This document shows, piece after piece, positions 28,931 through 43,467 of a DNA stretch of 64,000 bases. This DNA comes from Octopus vulgaris (taxonomy: Eukaryota): assembly GCA_951406725.2 (NCBI GenBank), contig OX597817.1, positions 137,826,001-137,890,000 on the forward strand. The letters run 5' to 3'. The translations under genes and the position numbers were made by a program. Numbering within the stretch: the first letter of the stretch is position 1; each line of letters begins with the position of its first letter. Below the pieces are notes generated by a model. It searched no databases. It worked only from the letters and a program-made list of their open reading frames with translations, and was not told the DNA's origin.

Positions 28931-31032
28931 ATTAACATATATTAAATATAGCTGTGTTCCGTGTTAATTGATCTGTCAATATCATGAATATATTGGGGTC
29001 CAACTATACACACATACATTAACATATCGAGTTTAACAATTGGTATGACATCACTGTCAGGGAGCAACACTGTGCAGAGGTGTTGTTGGTAGTCTTTATA
29101 AAATTAACTGTTGTATGATGGTGGAGGTAGTAGTAGTAGTGGTGGTGGTGGTATTTGTGGCGGTGTGTGTGTGTGTGTGTGTGTGTGTTGCGCCTGGTAG
29201 TAATGTTGATGATCTTTGTGTTGGTGTTGGCGTGTGTCTAGTGGTTGTGCGGGACAGGTGTACGGGTGGTAGTTTTGGGTGGTTGTGGTGAATTGAATGA
29301 CAGTGTCGGTGAGGGTTTGTGGTGTTGATGGGGTCATGTGTGCATAGTGCTGCTCTGCGCGCGCGCCCGTGCACGTGTGTGTGAGTGAGTGTGTGCGTGT
29401 ACGCTGGTGGTGAGGATGATGATGGCGATGGTGATGATGATGGCGATGATGACGAGGAGGAGGGGGATGACGACGATGATGGTAATGATGATGATGGTGA
29501 TTGTTTCTGAACGTAATTAAGAAGAGGATGACCTCCATACATGTCCTTATTTCCGTGTATCCCAGCTTTAGGGTGGTGGGGGATGGTCACCTGGCTCGAA
29601 TATTTGCACCTGAGTGGACATCAGAAAAGGGTAAGGGTAATGGGAGGGGGAATTAAGTCCACCGCTCAACAACACGAACAGTCACGCCCTCACAGATTCT
29701 CTCTATCAAAGTCCATCCACGACTCACTGGTCGAACCAAACAAGGCGACGTACACTAGGATCGATCTTGAAACCATGTAAGTATGAAAAGAAATTGTTAA
29801 ACGCAGTCATATCCGTGACAGCATGCGGTAGTTGTGGTTATTGTTGAAGTGGTAGTGAGTATTGTTGTTGTTGCTGTTGTAGTGATACAGGTTGCTGTGC
29901 AGGTAGTGGTGGCTGTTGCTATCCTCGTGGTGGTCGTATTGCAGTATTTGTTGTAGTGTGGAGGTTGTGGCGGTATGTGGTTGCGGCGGTGGTGGTGGTG
30001 ATGGTGGAAAGAATGATAGGGATCAGCTAGTGGTAGTGGAGTTGGTCGAGTGGGGGATGGGGGTGACTGTTGCGGTGATAGTGATGGCGGGAAGGCAATG
30101 ATGGGCCTGGTGGTATTGGTGGTGGTGGTGGTGGTGGTGGTGGTAATAATGGTACTATGGTTATTGGTGTTATCACCAAGGAGACACATAAACAATAATG
30201 GTGATAATGATGGTGATGGTGATGGTGATAGTGATGGTGATGGAGGTGGTGGTGGTGGTGACCCTCCCCATCTCCTAGTGTTATTTTAAAGAGCATTACA
30301 CGTGTGGTGTCTTTTATTGGAACAGACAACACCAGGAACTACTGCGCACAGTGGAATTGGTGAACCATTTACTGGTGCCAGCTCACGTGTTCGAAACCAT
30401 GTCAAAGGTTTCCGCTAAACGAAACCACCCTGGGTACCCCCGGCAGGTACAGTGACAAAAAAAGGTGTTACTAGGATATTAGAAATTCATAATAAAGAAC
30501 AGAATGTGTGATGTGCATGCCTTTCCCACACAAAACTACGAAGCGCCGCTTTGTTTTCGACAGCAACGTACAATGTTTTGATATATATATACATACCCAC
30601 ACACGCATACACATAGATACATACACACATACATACATGCATACATACATACACACACATACATACATGCATGCATACATGCATACACACACATACATGC
30701 ATACATGCATACATACATACATACATACATGCATACATACATACATACATGTATGTCCGTGTATCAAAGTATATATAAATATATACATACACACACATGT
30801 ATATACAGACACATATATATACGTACACACGCACACACATATATATACATACATATATATATATACACATTTATGTAGAGCGAGACAGACAGCCAGACAT
30901 AGACGCACAATCATACAAACACATATTTACAAACATACAAACATGATTACTTACAGACAGACAAAAGACAGACATATATATACACACGTACAGACAGTGA
31001 CAAACACTCATTCCTACACACAACATACACTC

Positions 31033-31102
<70 letters not shown>

Positions 31103-31155
31103 ATATTTATATGCATATAAGCACCCGTATACATACATCACAGACAGACAGCTAA

Positions 31156-31221
<66 letters not shown>

Positions 31222-31345
31222 GGATAGACAGACAGATAGACATGAACATACACATACACACAAGCTCCTCACACATGTACGTGCATACTTTACGTACACA
31301 TGCACACACGGCTTTAAAACAAATAACATTAGTACATCTATCAAT

Positions 31346-31398
<53 letters not shown>

Positions 31399-31979
31399 AC
31401 ATCATCATTATCATCATCATCATCAACGTGGTCATCATCATTATCATCATCATCATCATAACAATGCGGTTAGAAGAATCGTCGCTGAAAAGCATGGAGT
31501 CTGAAGACGGAAACATTGCGATAGAGAGATGGAAATAGAAAAAATTCCGAAGCTTACCGTTTGCAACAGTTGTGTTGTTGAGTTGGGCAACCAGCAGCAT
31601 TACATTGGCCGTCTCTCGCCGTTTTACTGCTCTCTCTCTCTCTGTCTCACTCACTCACTCTGTCACTCTCACTTCGTCTTGTTCTCTCTCTCTCTCTCTC
31701 TCTCTCTCTATACTTCTCTCTCACTCTTTCCCTCTGTCTGTCTGTCTCTCCCTCCCTCTCTCTCTCTCTCCGCTGCCTGACCGGTTGCTTTGCTCCAAGT
31801 TTCCTCTCCCTCACTCACAAGCACAGCCTTACTCCCCTCATTCGCCTTACTCTCCATCATTGTTGTTATCCACGCGTTCTACTCTCCCTTCTCCTCTGCA
31901 TCATTCTCACCATTTCGTTTCATTCAGTACACACAGACACAAATACACACGCGCACAAGCATACGCACAAACACAAACA

Positions 31980-32025
<46 letters not shown>

Positions 32026-33028
32026 CACACTTACATACACACTCACGCACACACCTAAACACTCAAACACATGCACACACACAAGCACACATACACGCAC
32101 ACTCACACACAAACGCACACGCACAAGCCCACACACACATTAGCGCACACACGCTCACACACAAACACACGCACACAAACTTGCACAAGCGCACGCACTC
32201 ACACACTTACATACAAACTCACGTACACACACAAACACTCAAACACATGCACACACTCACGCACAGATACACGCACACTCACACACAAACGCACGCGCAC
32301 AAGCGCACACACACACATAATCGCACACACGCTCATAAACAAACACACACATAGATACACACACAAACAAACACACGCACATACACACAGTCTCTTTCTC
32401 GCACTTATACACATACACGCACGCACACGCATATATTTATATATATATACGCTCACATACATGCACACAGGTACGCACTCATGCACAAATGCTCTCACAC
32501 ATATACACGCATACACGCAATGATTCGTGTACATACACACACACACATATAAAGTATACAAGAATACAAGCACACCTGAACCTCCTCTCTCTCTCTCTCT
32601 CCCTCACTCTCACTCATCCCCACAATCACTCTTTAATACACACACGCACCTTACTCTCCTTAATACTTCCTTCCTCTCCGTTTCTTCGCTACTGTCTTCT
32701 TTCTTTCATTTCATTCTCACCTTTACTTTCTTCATAACCCTTCCACCAAATGAAGTTTGCACTTTCTTTGCAATGCCTCGCCCCCTTTCCCTCTCCCTCT
32801 TTCTCTCTCTCTCTCTCTCTCTACTCCACTCTCCCTTCCTCTTACCTGTCTCCTTCTCTCTTTCTCTCTTCCCCTTAGTTTTCATGCCATTGCTTTCTTT
32901 ACACTTTCTCACGTACACACACACACACACACACACGTACGTATGTATGCATACACACATATACATGGATACACATTCACACACACACGTACATATATAC
33001 ATATACATACACAAAGGCTCACATGGAT

Positions 33029-33059
<31 letters not shown>

Positions 33060-33881
33060 CTCTTCTCTTACCCTCCACATCTCATTCTGTCTCTCACCCT
33101 CTCTCTCCCCTCTCTAGTATCACATACTCATCCCACTAAATGTAAACATTCATTTATATACATATATATGCACTACACGTATATACATACCTACACATAC
33201 ATATACGCCTACACACATACACACATACACACACTCGCACACACACACACATACATACATATATATATATAATATAATATAATATAATATATAATACATA
33301 TACTTCTTTCTCAAGGCAGTGCCCCAGCATGGCCGCAGTCGAATGTCCGAAATTAGGAAAAAATAAAAGATGCTCACCTACAAACGCGCGCACACGCACA
33401 TATATTTTATATAAGTGAATATGCACATACATACATGAAATAAATCAGTGAATGAAAGGAAAGGAAGAAGGAGCAATGCACTACATATGTTTCAAAAATG
33501 ATGGGCTCTGTTTTATTTATCATTGAAGTTCTTACATAATTTCACCATACATCTGGTCGTCCGCTATAACTATTTTGTTTTACAAAATACATTTTTGAAA
33601 CAAATATGATACTTCTTCCTTTCTCTTCACTCACTCATTTAATTCATTTAATTATCACATACTAAGCAATGAAAGTAGCTTTCGCACTGGAGTTGTGTAG
33701 CATATGTCACCTTAGTAAGATTAATGTTATAATTTTCATATGGTACAAAAAATATTTGATACATGGAATATTCAATTATCACTTCTTATTTTCTACACAA
33801 GCCTGCATGCGCTTCTGGATCAGCAACTGTTGTACCACAACTAATTGGTTTTCACTTCTTTAATATACACGTGTGCATGTT

Positions 33882-33979
<98 letters not shown>

Positions 33980-34076
33980 TAATATAATGATATATATACG
34001 TATATATGTATATATATATATATATATAAGTAATATAATGATATATATACGTATATATGTATATATATATATATAT

Positions 34077-34446
34077 CTTTTACTCTTTTACTCTTTTACT
34101 TGTTTCAGTCATTTGACTGCGGCCATGCTGGAGCACCACCTTTTAGTACTTATTCTATCGGTCTTTTTTTGCCGAACCGCTAAGTGACGGGGACGTAAAC
34201 ACACCGGCATCGGTTGTCAAGCAATGCTAGGGGGACAAACACAGACACACAAACACACACACATATACATATATATATATATATACGACAGGCTTCTTTC
34301 AGTTTCCGTCTACCAAATCCACTCACAAGGCATTGGTCGGCCCGGGGCTATAGCAGAAGACACTTGCCCAAGATGCCACGCAGTGGGACTGAACCCGCAA
34401 CCGTGTTGTTGGTTAGCAAGCTACTTACCACACAGCCACTCCTGCG
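34077..34446 (-). mobile_element. SINE family B, full length
   Basis: tRNA head (ggctgtgtggtaag / gggttcagtccca), cttgggcaagt core start, tail with aaaagagt repeats. Confidence 0.88.
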
Positions 34447-34789
34447 ACATTTTGTATAATTTCTCCATTATATATAGACATATATACAAAGTATGGTGGT
34501 TTGGTTCACAGGCGATCTAAACGAGTAGGTACGTTAGGTAAGTGTTGTAACGGATTACCAGGGACACACAGTCACTGGTAATCATGTGTCACTGGTAATC
34601 CGTTACACACTCATATACACACACATATAGACATACACAGACACAGACACAGACATTCATATACATTTGTAAATATATCAATATTTATGCATCTATGTAT
34701 GTGAGTATGTGTTTGTATGTATCTGTGTGTGATGCATGCGTGTATGTTTTATTTTTCCCTTTTTTTCATTTAGAGTTAATTTTAACGGA

Positions 34790-35030
34790 CCCCCTGATTT
34801 GTCGCAGGTGAAGGGAAGCCTCTTGTTTCGTTCATCATCCTTTAAATCTTAAGAAGGTATTGCAGATTTCTGTTGTCCCAGATATCGTGATCATTTGTAG
34901 TTTATGAATTAAGGATTTGCGTTCTCGCCCAAAGATCCCAAGTTCAGCCCAACTTGGTACATATCTTGTTGCTCCAATAACAATAGCTGAAAGTGCATCT
35001 TGGATAAGAATCCTTAGACGTCCTCCTTCA
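34790..35030 (-). mobile_element. R4-like LINE 3' fragment
   Basis: Homologous to 26230-26500 (atcctttaaatcttaag...gatcatttgtagt...tgttgctccaataa). Confidence 0.6.
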
Positions 35031-36010
35031 CTTGTAGTTTTCTAACATTGGCGTACGGAGTACACCTGGTTTCCACAAAAGAGCATTTCTCTTTCTTGTG
35101 GCCCCACACAACAATATATAACCGTTTGTCTTATAAGTTGGTGAATGTTTTAATTTTTAAGTTTCATCATATTCTTTTGACACACCGGTCTCCATTTAGT
35201 CTGTGTTTTCTTTTATCATTACTCTGCTATAATTATTCTGTTTTCTTTTATAATTACTATGAGGCTATTCTGGCTACAGCATCATACCTCGTGGGAAGAA
35301 AAAAATTAGGAAGACACACTCACACACATACACACACACTCTCTTTCTCTCTCTCTCTCTTTTTCTCTCTCCCTCTCTCTCTCTCTCTCTTTCTCTCTCC
35401 TTCTCTCTCTCACAGTTGACAATGATGTAGTTGTTGTCTTCAGTCTTGGTCGTACATGTTCTATTTTTGTTCTCTGTTAATGTTTTCTGATTTTTATGCT
35501 TTCTTGGTATTCAATGCTAATTTCTTGGTATAGTTTATTCCTCGTACGGCTTGGTTCGTTCCTGCCCAGTAGCCATACACTTTGACTCCAACTGGTTCCT
35601 TTGCTTTTATTTTGCTCTTCAGATACCAATACTACACGAGCAGGCTTCTACACCAGCTCTTATTTCATACCCATCCCCAACTTCATCAGCTATCCTAATT
35701 ATGTTGTTGATTTCATGGTCTTAAATCTCGGTCTCTTTCCTCTTTCCTCTACGGCATATGTTGCTTCAGAATCTCGAAATGTGCCTTATACGCCATTAAT
35801 AAAGCTTTAAGACCTCAACCACCATATTTGTGTGGAAAGTATAGCTTGTCTCCATCGCCATTGATCTTGAAGTTTCTAACACCAAGCAGCCTGCAAATTT
35901 GGACGTCTGAATCTTGCAGTGACCAGTTTAGAACACCAAACGTGTTCTGGGCGATGTGGTAAGCTTACAGCTCACCTGAGCATATTTTTTATGTATGTAT
36001 GTATGTATGT

Positions 36011-36221
36011 ATCATGTTTGTTTTCAGTGTCCTGTTTGTGTTACCAATTTTTACCCTCCACAAAATCCCAAATTTGATTTAATTTGCTTTGCGGGAGCAA
36101 CTGTTTTATCGGAAGCATATATTGTTGTTAAATGCTCGAAATATATGACTAGAAAAACAGCCAACAACTGATGAAGGGTCGTTTTCATGTTGTTTGTTTC
36201 GTGATGTCCTGTGCCTACATA

Positions 36222-36296
<75 letters not shown>

Positions 36297-36513
36297 GTAT
36301 GTATCATGTTTGTTTTCAGTGTCCTGTTTGTGTTACCAATTTTTACCCTCCACAAAATCCCAAATTTGATTTAATTTGCTTTGCGGGAGCAACTGTTTTA
36401 TCGGAAGCATATATTGTTGTTAAATGCTCGAAATATATGACTAGAAAAACAGCCAACAACTGATGAAGGGTCGTTTTCATGTTGTTTGTTTCGTGATGTC
36501 CTGTGCCTACATA

Positions 36514-36516
<3 letters not shown>
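36011..36516. repeat. Tandem duplication of a 214-bp unit separated by (TA)n/(TATG)n
   Basis: 36011-36224 and 36303-36516 appear identical. Confidence 0.92.
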
Positions 36517-36601
<85 letters not shown>

Positions 36602-36776
36602 TGTATATATATATATGATTTATATTATTATATGACTGAACGCCACGCATCCTCTTACGTATGTATGTTTGTATATACATGCACATATATTTACTATGTA
36701 TATATATAAATGCGTATAAGCCTATGCATACATACATACATATATACATACACACACACACATATATATATATATA

Positions 36777-36811
<35 letters not shown>

Positions 36812-36846
36812 ACACACATACAATAAGATATAATAGATTAAGATAC

Positions 36847-37065
36847 ATTCTTTTCTACTCCAGGCACAAGGCCCGAAATTTTCGTGGGCGGGGGCAGTCG
36901 ATTAGATAGACCCCACTACGCAACTGGTACTTAATTTATTGATCCCGAAAGGATGAAAGGCAAAGTCGACCTCGCCAGAAATTGAACTCAGAACTTAAAG
37001 ACAGACGAAATACCGCTGAGCATTTCGCGCGGAATGCTAACGATTCTGTCAGCTCCTCTGCCTGC
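36847..37065 (-). mobile_element. SINE family A with alternative tail
   Basis: Head and Meta-like domain as at 1671; tail aaatttcgggccttgtgcctggagtagaaaagaat. Confidence 0.84.
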
Positions 37066-37108
37066 TATAGATGGCTATAGCAATTAAAACCCAAAAGTCG
37101 AAATTAAA

Positions 37109-37493
37109 TAGCACCTACAATTTCTAGAAATGAGAGCCAAAATTTAACTCAAGCAGCTACACAAAAGCACTAAACTTATGAAATATTCGGGTTTTTAACC
37201 GTTTTGAATTTAAGCGCCACTTTTCAATGTTTTTTTTTAATCATGAATGAATGGGAGGCAGGCTATCACTTCTAATCCGAAGTAATTGTGGAAACCTCTG
37301 ACGAGAAACAAGATTATGTTGATCAAATTTCGAAATCACGTGATAAGATTTTATCAAACTACTTCATTCCGTAAATGTATCTCACCAAAAAAAGATGTAA
37401 TTTGCTGCTCGCAACCGCGAATATGAGATTAGAGCTTTTGTGTGGCTGTTCGAGTTAAATTTTGGCTCTCATTTCTAGAAATTGTAGGTCCTA
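37109..37493. mobile_element. MITE with ~65-bp TIRs
   Basis: acctacaatttctagaaatgagagccaaaatttaactc... mirrored at 37426-37489; TA at both outer ends. Confidence 0.78.
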
Positions 37494-38266
37494 GTTTGCA
37501 ACCTTATTTATTAAGTGCTTACTCAGCACTACATTACTTAAGATTTTGAAGGCGTTGGACAGGTCTCATTCGCCAGACCCTTCTGAGACTGACTATGAAC
37601 ATCTGACAGCAGTAGAAACGATGCGACACACACGGAAATATGTTGGAGCAGTGGAGGTCCCAATAAGTGGGGACGTCATACAAAATCCACTGGAAGCTGC
37701 TGAAACAAACCTGAGCTATACTCTACAAAAACAGACGGTTCAAACATTGTTTGGCCGAGAAGACAATAATCGTAAAACATTCGCACAACCCGAGTGTCTT
37801 CTTAAATTCTAAAAGTGAAATATTCAGCCATCATTACAGATTAACACATTTTGGAAACGTAGTCTTCCCTCTGTACGGAATAAAGAAAGGGTATAGAGTA
37901 CACAAACCCATTTGCGACACAGCCTGAATCGTTCAAGAAAAGATAACTCTTTCACTACAAAGTCTTTTCACTCATTTCTATATATATTCACCTCCGTTAG
38001 TAAAGAGGCTATGCACTTCCAGCCAGCCGGTCTGAAGAACCGTCTGTATTGCCAAGTGAAATAGTAAACGTGAAACCAATGGTAGCTTTCTGACAGGTTA
38101 TATGCCATGAAAATACAAAATATAAATATATATCGAACTAGCTGTCAATCTATCAATTTATCTACCTACCTACCTACATACATACATACATAGCTACCTA
38201 CCTACCTACCTACATACATACATACATACATACATACATACATACACACACCCACACACACACACA

Positions 38267-38299
<33 letters not shown>

Positions 38300-38301
<2 letters not shown>

Positions 38302-38493
38302 TTGGAATTTACAAAAAAATAATAAAGTACGAAGACGGGTGTGTAAACAAAAACCAGATGTATTAGTTTAATGCTCGGGAAGTGAGGAAGTCTTTTACAT
38401 TTCGAGCCTACACTCTTTAACAGAAAGGAGCATAGAAATAAGCAGAGAGAGAAAATATAAAAAAAGGTTTAGTGGCTAGCGATCAATCATGGC

Positions 38494-38495
<2 letters not shown>
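38300..38495 (-). mobile_element. (TA)n-anchored element, copy 2, with variant hammerhead motif at 38392-38427
   Basis: Minus strand CUUU CUGUUAA A GAGU-GUAG-GCUC GAAA UG UA AAAG; TA arrays on both sides. Confidence 0.75.
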
Positions 38496-38536
<41 letters not shown>

Positions 38537-39333
38537 GTATGTATCTTTTTGTATATATATATATGAGGCAAATAAGAAAATGGAGAGGATAATCAATCTT
38601 TAAATGTCAGCCTGTAGACGTTCATTTATATCTATTCATTAATTGATTAACATCATTTGTATAAGTAGTCAAACTAAACAAATGAAATAAGCAAATAAAC
38701 AAGTAATTAAATAGACGATGTTTGTCGATTGATTATCCTCTCCATTTTCTTACTTGCCTATTAAATTCTGGGTAAATTTCTGTTTTATCCCCACCCATAA
38801 CTATTATTCAATTGCGATATTGCCCTGCAATAGTAAGCACTTGGATATAAATACGTAGGTATACATCCAGTAGTATATTGGATATTTATTATCCCTTAGA
38901 TGGTTACTAAACCGCTAACTCATACAGACACAGATATACACATATATATATGTGTATGTGTGTGTGTGTGTATGTGTTTACCCACGTGTAATCTCACCTA
39001 CGAAGATGAAAAGCTTACCTTCATACATTCAATGACATCTCTGCCTGAAACTGGTGTCTTTATTATTAAAATACCTCGATTCAATTGGATCCCGCACATC
39101 ATTATACCCGGCGACATTTGAACCCAAAGCGTAAAGACGGACGAAATGCCGCTAAGCATTTTGCCCGGAGAGGTAAAGATTCTGCCAGAATCCCCAGAAA
39201 AGAACATTATAATTGAGGGGAGGTCAATTAAAAGGAGATCAAAGATGCGAAAATGGAAAATGTGAAATACAAGTCGAACGAACGACTGAAATAGATAGGT
39301 GGATAGGTAGATAGATGGATAAAGAGATGGATG

Positions 39334-39427
<94 letters not shown>

Positions 39428-39499
39428 CAGGCAAGCAGACAGACAAACAGAGATGTGAAAAAATATTGTCAGACATATTAACATGAAGAAACATTAATC

Positions 39500-39990
39500 T
39501 TGAAACTAGGAAAAAAACCGGATTATTAAAGTGTTATGTATTGCCGAGTGAACTGTATGGAGCAGAAAAATGGACATTAACAAATGATTGGAAGTCTTTG
39601 AGATGTCGGTATAGAGAAAAGGTTTGAGAATATCATGGACACAACACAAAACCAATGAGGAAGAATTAAGAATGGCAAAAACTGAAAGAATTTTATTTGA
39701 CAGCATCAAAGAGAGAAAAGTAAAAATATTTCGGAGACTTAATTAGGAAAAAATGTATTACAGAGTTTGTTAACAGAAGGCAAGAATTAATGGAGAGAGA
39801 GAGAGAAAAAAAAATATATAGAGAGAGAGGGAAGGGGGAAGAAACAAGAAATATGAGGATGGATATGAAGAGTTGATATCCACAAGGCTTGAGACAGAGT
39901 GGAATCTCTATATAAGGAGGACAGCATAAGGAAGACTGACTTGGTGTGATATGGAAGTGAAACTGATGGAAGCAGACGACACCTGATGAT
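39500..39990 (+). mobile_element. RTE-clade LINE 3' remnant
   Basis: CYVLPSELYGAEKWTL...LEVFEM...LRISWTQHKTNEEELRMAK...IKERK..YFGDLIR; ends gacacctgatgat. Confidence 0.8.
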
Positions 39991-40219
39991 GTGCTGCTGT
40001 TGTTGGTGTCCTTGCTGTTAATGAGTAGCAGTAGTAGTAGGAGGAGGAGAGGGAGGAGGGGGATGGGGAGGAGGACGAGGAGGGGGAGGAGGACGAGGAC
40101 GACGACGACGACGACAATGACGAGGAGGAGGAGAGGGAGGAGGGGGATGGGGAGGAGGACGAGGAGGGGGAGGAGGACGAGGACGACGACGACGACGACA
40201 ATGACGAGGAGGAGGAGTG

Positions 40220-40620
40220 ATACATGACTTTTAGTTTCATGAATGATTTTCCATGTTTTCCTAAGAGGTCTTTGCAAAATTTGTAATAGCGAGGTACCAA
40301 TATTTGTGAATATAGGGGGTCGGCATTTCCGGCGTTGAAGGAGTCTTCACTCCAGTATATATCTATGGGACAATAAATTAACATACAGAAAAAAAAAACC
40401 ATAATTTCTGAAATCTATACACCAATGTTTAGACCAAACATCAAAGACCGTCAGACGAGGAGGTTTTAGAGCTTATAAAAGAATCTAACAGCCTTCCAAA
40501 TAATCTGGCAATCAATGACCTCAAAGTCCACAAATCTTGACCTTTTCAAGGAAGCTGTATGGGGGCAAAGTTTGAACTATGAAGAAAGAGTTTCAGGATC
40601 GTCATGTCCAGCTTCTCATG
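40220..40620 (-). mobile_element. Decayed mariner transposase C-terminus
   Basis: PPYS and ILVPRYYKF..DLLGKHG resemble mariner HPPYSPDL and KLVPRYDKCL..G.YVE motifs. Confidence 0.38.
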
Positions 40621-41149
40621 AGACTCAAAACATCTCAAAATGTGAGTAGAAGACTAACGAGTTGAGTTAGGGACTCATTCCATTCATCTCTGCCGTTGTT
40701 GCTCAACACAGGATAGCTTTGTTAGACAGGGCTATCGTGCTGAAGCCTAAGCCATATCGAATGTCATGATTTAAGAAGTTTCCACACCCGAAACGAAGGT
40801 GATGGCTTTGCTAATGTTTAGGAACAGAGACACAAAGCGTGAAATCGAAGACATAACAAAGCAAATGAGATGACGGAGCTTCCTGGCTCGATGTGGTGAA
40901 ACGGTTGTTGATGTCTGAAGGAGTCAATAAGAAAATAAAAGTGGTGCAAAGCCATAGATATACGATTTGCACCCGGTTTTGTGGACGATGTGTCCATCAT
41001 AACAACGACACCGGATGACCACAACTATAAACTAAAATTCAACGTCAAAAACAGCGAAATACAATGCATTCCAATCCCAGTCATAAATATTTCAGCTTCA
41101 AACTAACTGACACCTTTTAAAGCAGTTTGCATCAAAGATAAAAATAAGT

Positions 41150-41735
41150 GCACGCGCACACACATACACGCACATACATACACACGCACACATACACACA
41201 CATACACACGTACACATGCACACACATACGCATACTCACACATACACACACATACACACATGCACATACATACACACACATACACACACATACACACACA
41301 AGCACATACACATACACACACATACACACACATACACACGCACACATGCACACACATACGCATACTCACACATACACACACATACACACACATACACACA
41401 TACACACACATACACACATACATACACATACACACACAAGCACATACACATACACACACACGTACACACACATACACACGCACACGTATACACACATACA
41501 CACACATACATACACACACACACATACACACATACATACACATACACACATACATACACATACACACACAAGCACATACACATACACACACACGTACACA
41601 CACATACACACGCACACACATACACACACACAAACATATACACATACTCACATATGCACACACATACACACACTCAAACACATACACACACACACATACA
41701 CACACACACAATCACATATACATACACATGCACGC
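41150..41735. repeat. Compound (CA)/(CATA) repeat with higher-order blocks
   Basis: Recurrent sub-blocks such as catgcacacacatacgcatactca and caagcacatac. Confidence 0.9.
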
Positions 41736-42026
41736 ACGGGACCACCATATGTTCACACAGACATAAAAGATCAGTGCTGAAATCTCTGGCCGTGGACGAA
41801 TCTTTCGACTCTCCTCAACAGGCGAATCCCTCGATGAAGAAGTCTGCAGAGAAAAACAGACATTCAACAACAACAGCGGAGATTCTCACAAAGTCAGAGA
41901 CCAATTCACAGACACGACTAAAGCGTAATCAATAACCATTAAACACCAATGACCATCAAATACCACACTCACATAGAGGATATTCCATTAATGAAATACA
42001 TACTAACTACACACACACACACACAT

Positions 42027-42059
<33 letters not shown>

Positions 42060-42175
42060 CACATACATATACATACACATATGCATATATACCTATACTA
42101 ACTATATATATATGTTATATTATATATATATTATATATATGTATATATGTGTGTGTATATATTATATATATATAT

Positions 42176-42245
<70 letters not shown>

Positions 42246-42802
42246 CATACACACACACACATACTAACTATGAAATATATGACCACCATCTCAAAAGCTA
42301 ATAAAACAGAACAGAAAACGGATTAGACCAAACCAATAATTGTAATTTCTTCTCCCAGTGAACTCAGATGCCCTTAATCATTGACAGTCACCCACCCCCC
42401 AGTAAATACGATCGACAATAAACATCAGCCTGATGCTCAAATCGTGTTCTTCCGATGTTTTGCGCTAATTTTATATCGAGGTACACCATGTTAAAGCTTC
42501 CTCATAAGTTTTGCTACGAGATGCTTTTTGTAGCCACAACAGATGCCGTTGCAGCTTATCTTTACTATCTCAAGAGAGACCCATATACCATAGTCTTCAT
42601 CGTTGCAATATGGTTGGTATTGGAGTGAGTTTGTCATAGAAATCGGAAATGACAAGTTTCCTTCAAGGTATGTTGACTCTTGTTTATTGTAAGCTTGTGT
42701 AGGAACCCGCCCAACTGCTGTTTTGGCGGAGTTTGTTACTTTCGACTCCATATATCAGCACAGTCTATTTCGTTGCTCTGAATATAATAACATTAATCAT
42801 GG

Positions 42803-43087
42803 GATCACGTGACCGACCAGGCCATCAGATGTTGCAACACACATCGCTGGTCACAATGCGCTTCACATTGTTTTAGCCTTCAATGACGCCACCCCACTGG
42901 CTAAACGAGCCAGAGAAAGTTGTGGCGAAAGAGTACAGCAGGGATCACCCCCCCCCCTGCAGGAGCCTCGTGGAGCTTTAGGTGTTTTCACTCAATAAAC
43001 ATTCACAACGCCCGGTCTAGGAATTGAAACCACGATCCTACGACCGTGAGTCCGCTGCCCTAACCACTGGGCCATTGTCCCTCCACA
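42803..43087 (-). mobile_element. SINE family C, full length
   Basis: Reverse complement of 28631-28930. Confidence 0.86.
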
Positions 43088-43249
43088 TAATAATAATAAT
43101 AATAATAACAGTAATAATAGGCTACAAAACACATCTGCTCAAATAACGAACTATAAGCATGTCAAACCGACTACTAGCAGCAAAGGGTCGCGCTGATTTT
43201 TAGATGTCATTGAATGTATGAAGGTAAACTTTTCATCTTCATCTGTTAT

Positions 43250-43467
43250 ATTGGTTTCAAATTTTGGCACAAGGCCAGCAATTTCAGGTGGGGAGTAAGT
43301 CGATTCCACCAACCCCAGTGCTCAACTGGTACGTATTTTATCGACTCGAAAAGGATAAAAGGCAAAGTCGACCTTGGCGGAATTTGAACTCAGAACGTAA
43401 AGACGGACGAGATGCCACTAAGCATTTTGCCCTGAGCGCAGTAACGACTCCGCCAGTTCATCGCCTG
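43250..43467 (-). mobile_element. SINE family A, diverged, alternative tail
   Basis: ggcaaagtcgaccttggcggaatttgaactcagaacg as in other copies. Confidence 0.8.

Noticed and set aside
31501-31557. Apparent 57-nt GT-AG intron on minus
   Set aside because: Very short, and the downstream sequence enters a (GAT)n repeat; only the donor is kept as a candidate.
33485-33535. GAAAC-ATAT-GTA half-hammerhead on minus
   Set aside because: Upstream core and stem I partner are absent.
40041-40218. 84-bp tandem duplication giving an Arg-rich protamine-like ORF
   Set aside because: GAG/GAC low-complexity slippage product at the tail of an RTE remnant.
42491-42751. 86-aa ORF faintly like a hAT transposase N-terminus
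   Set aside because: Similarity too weak to support without a search.
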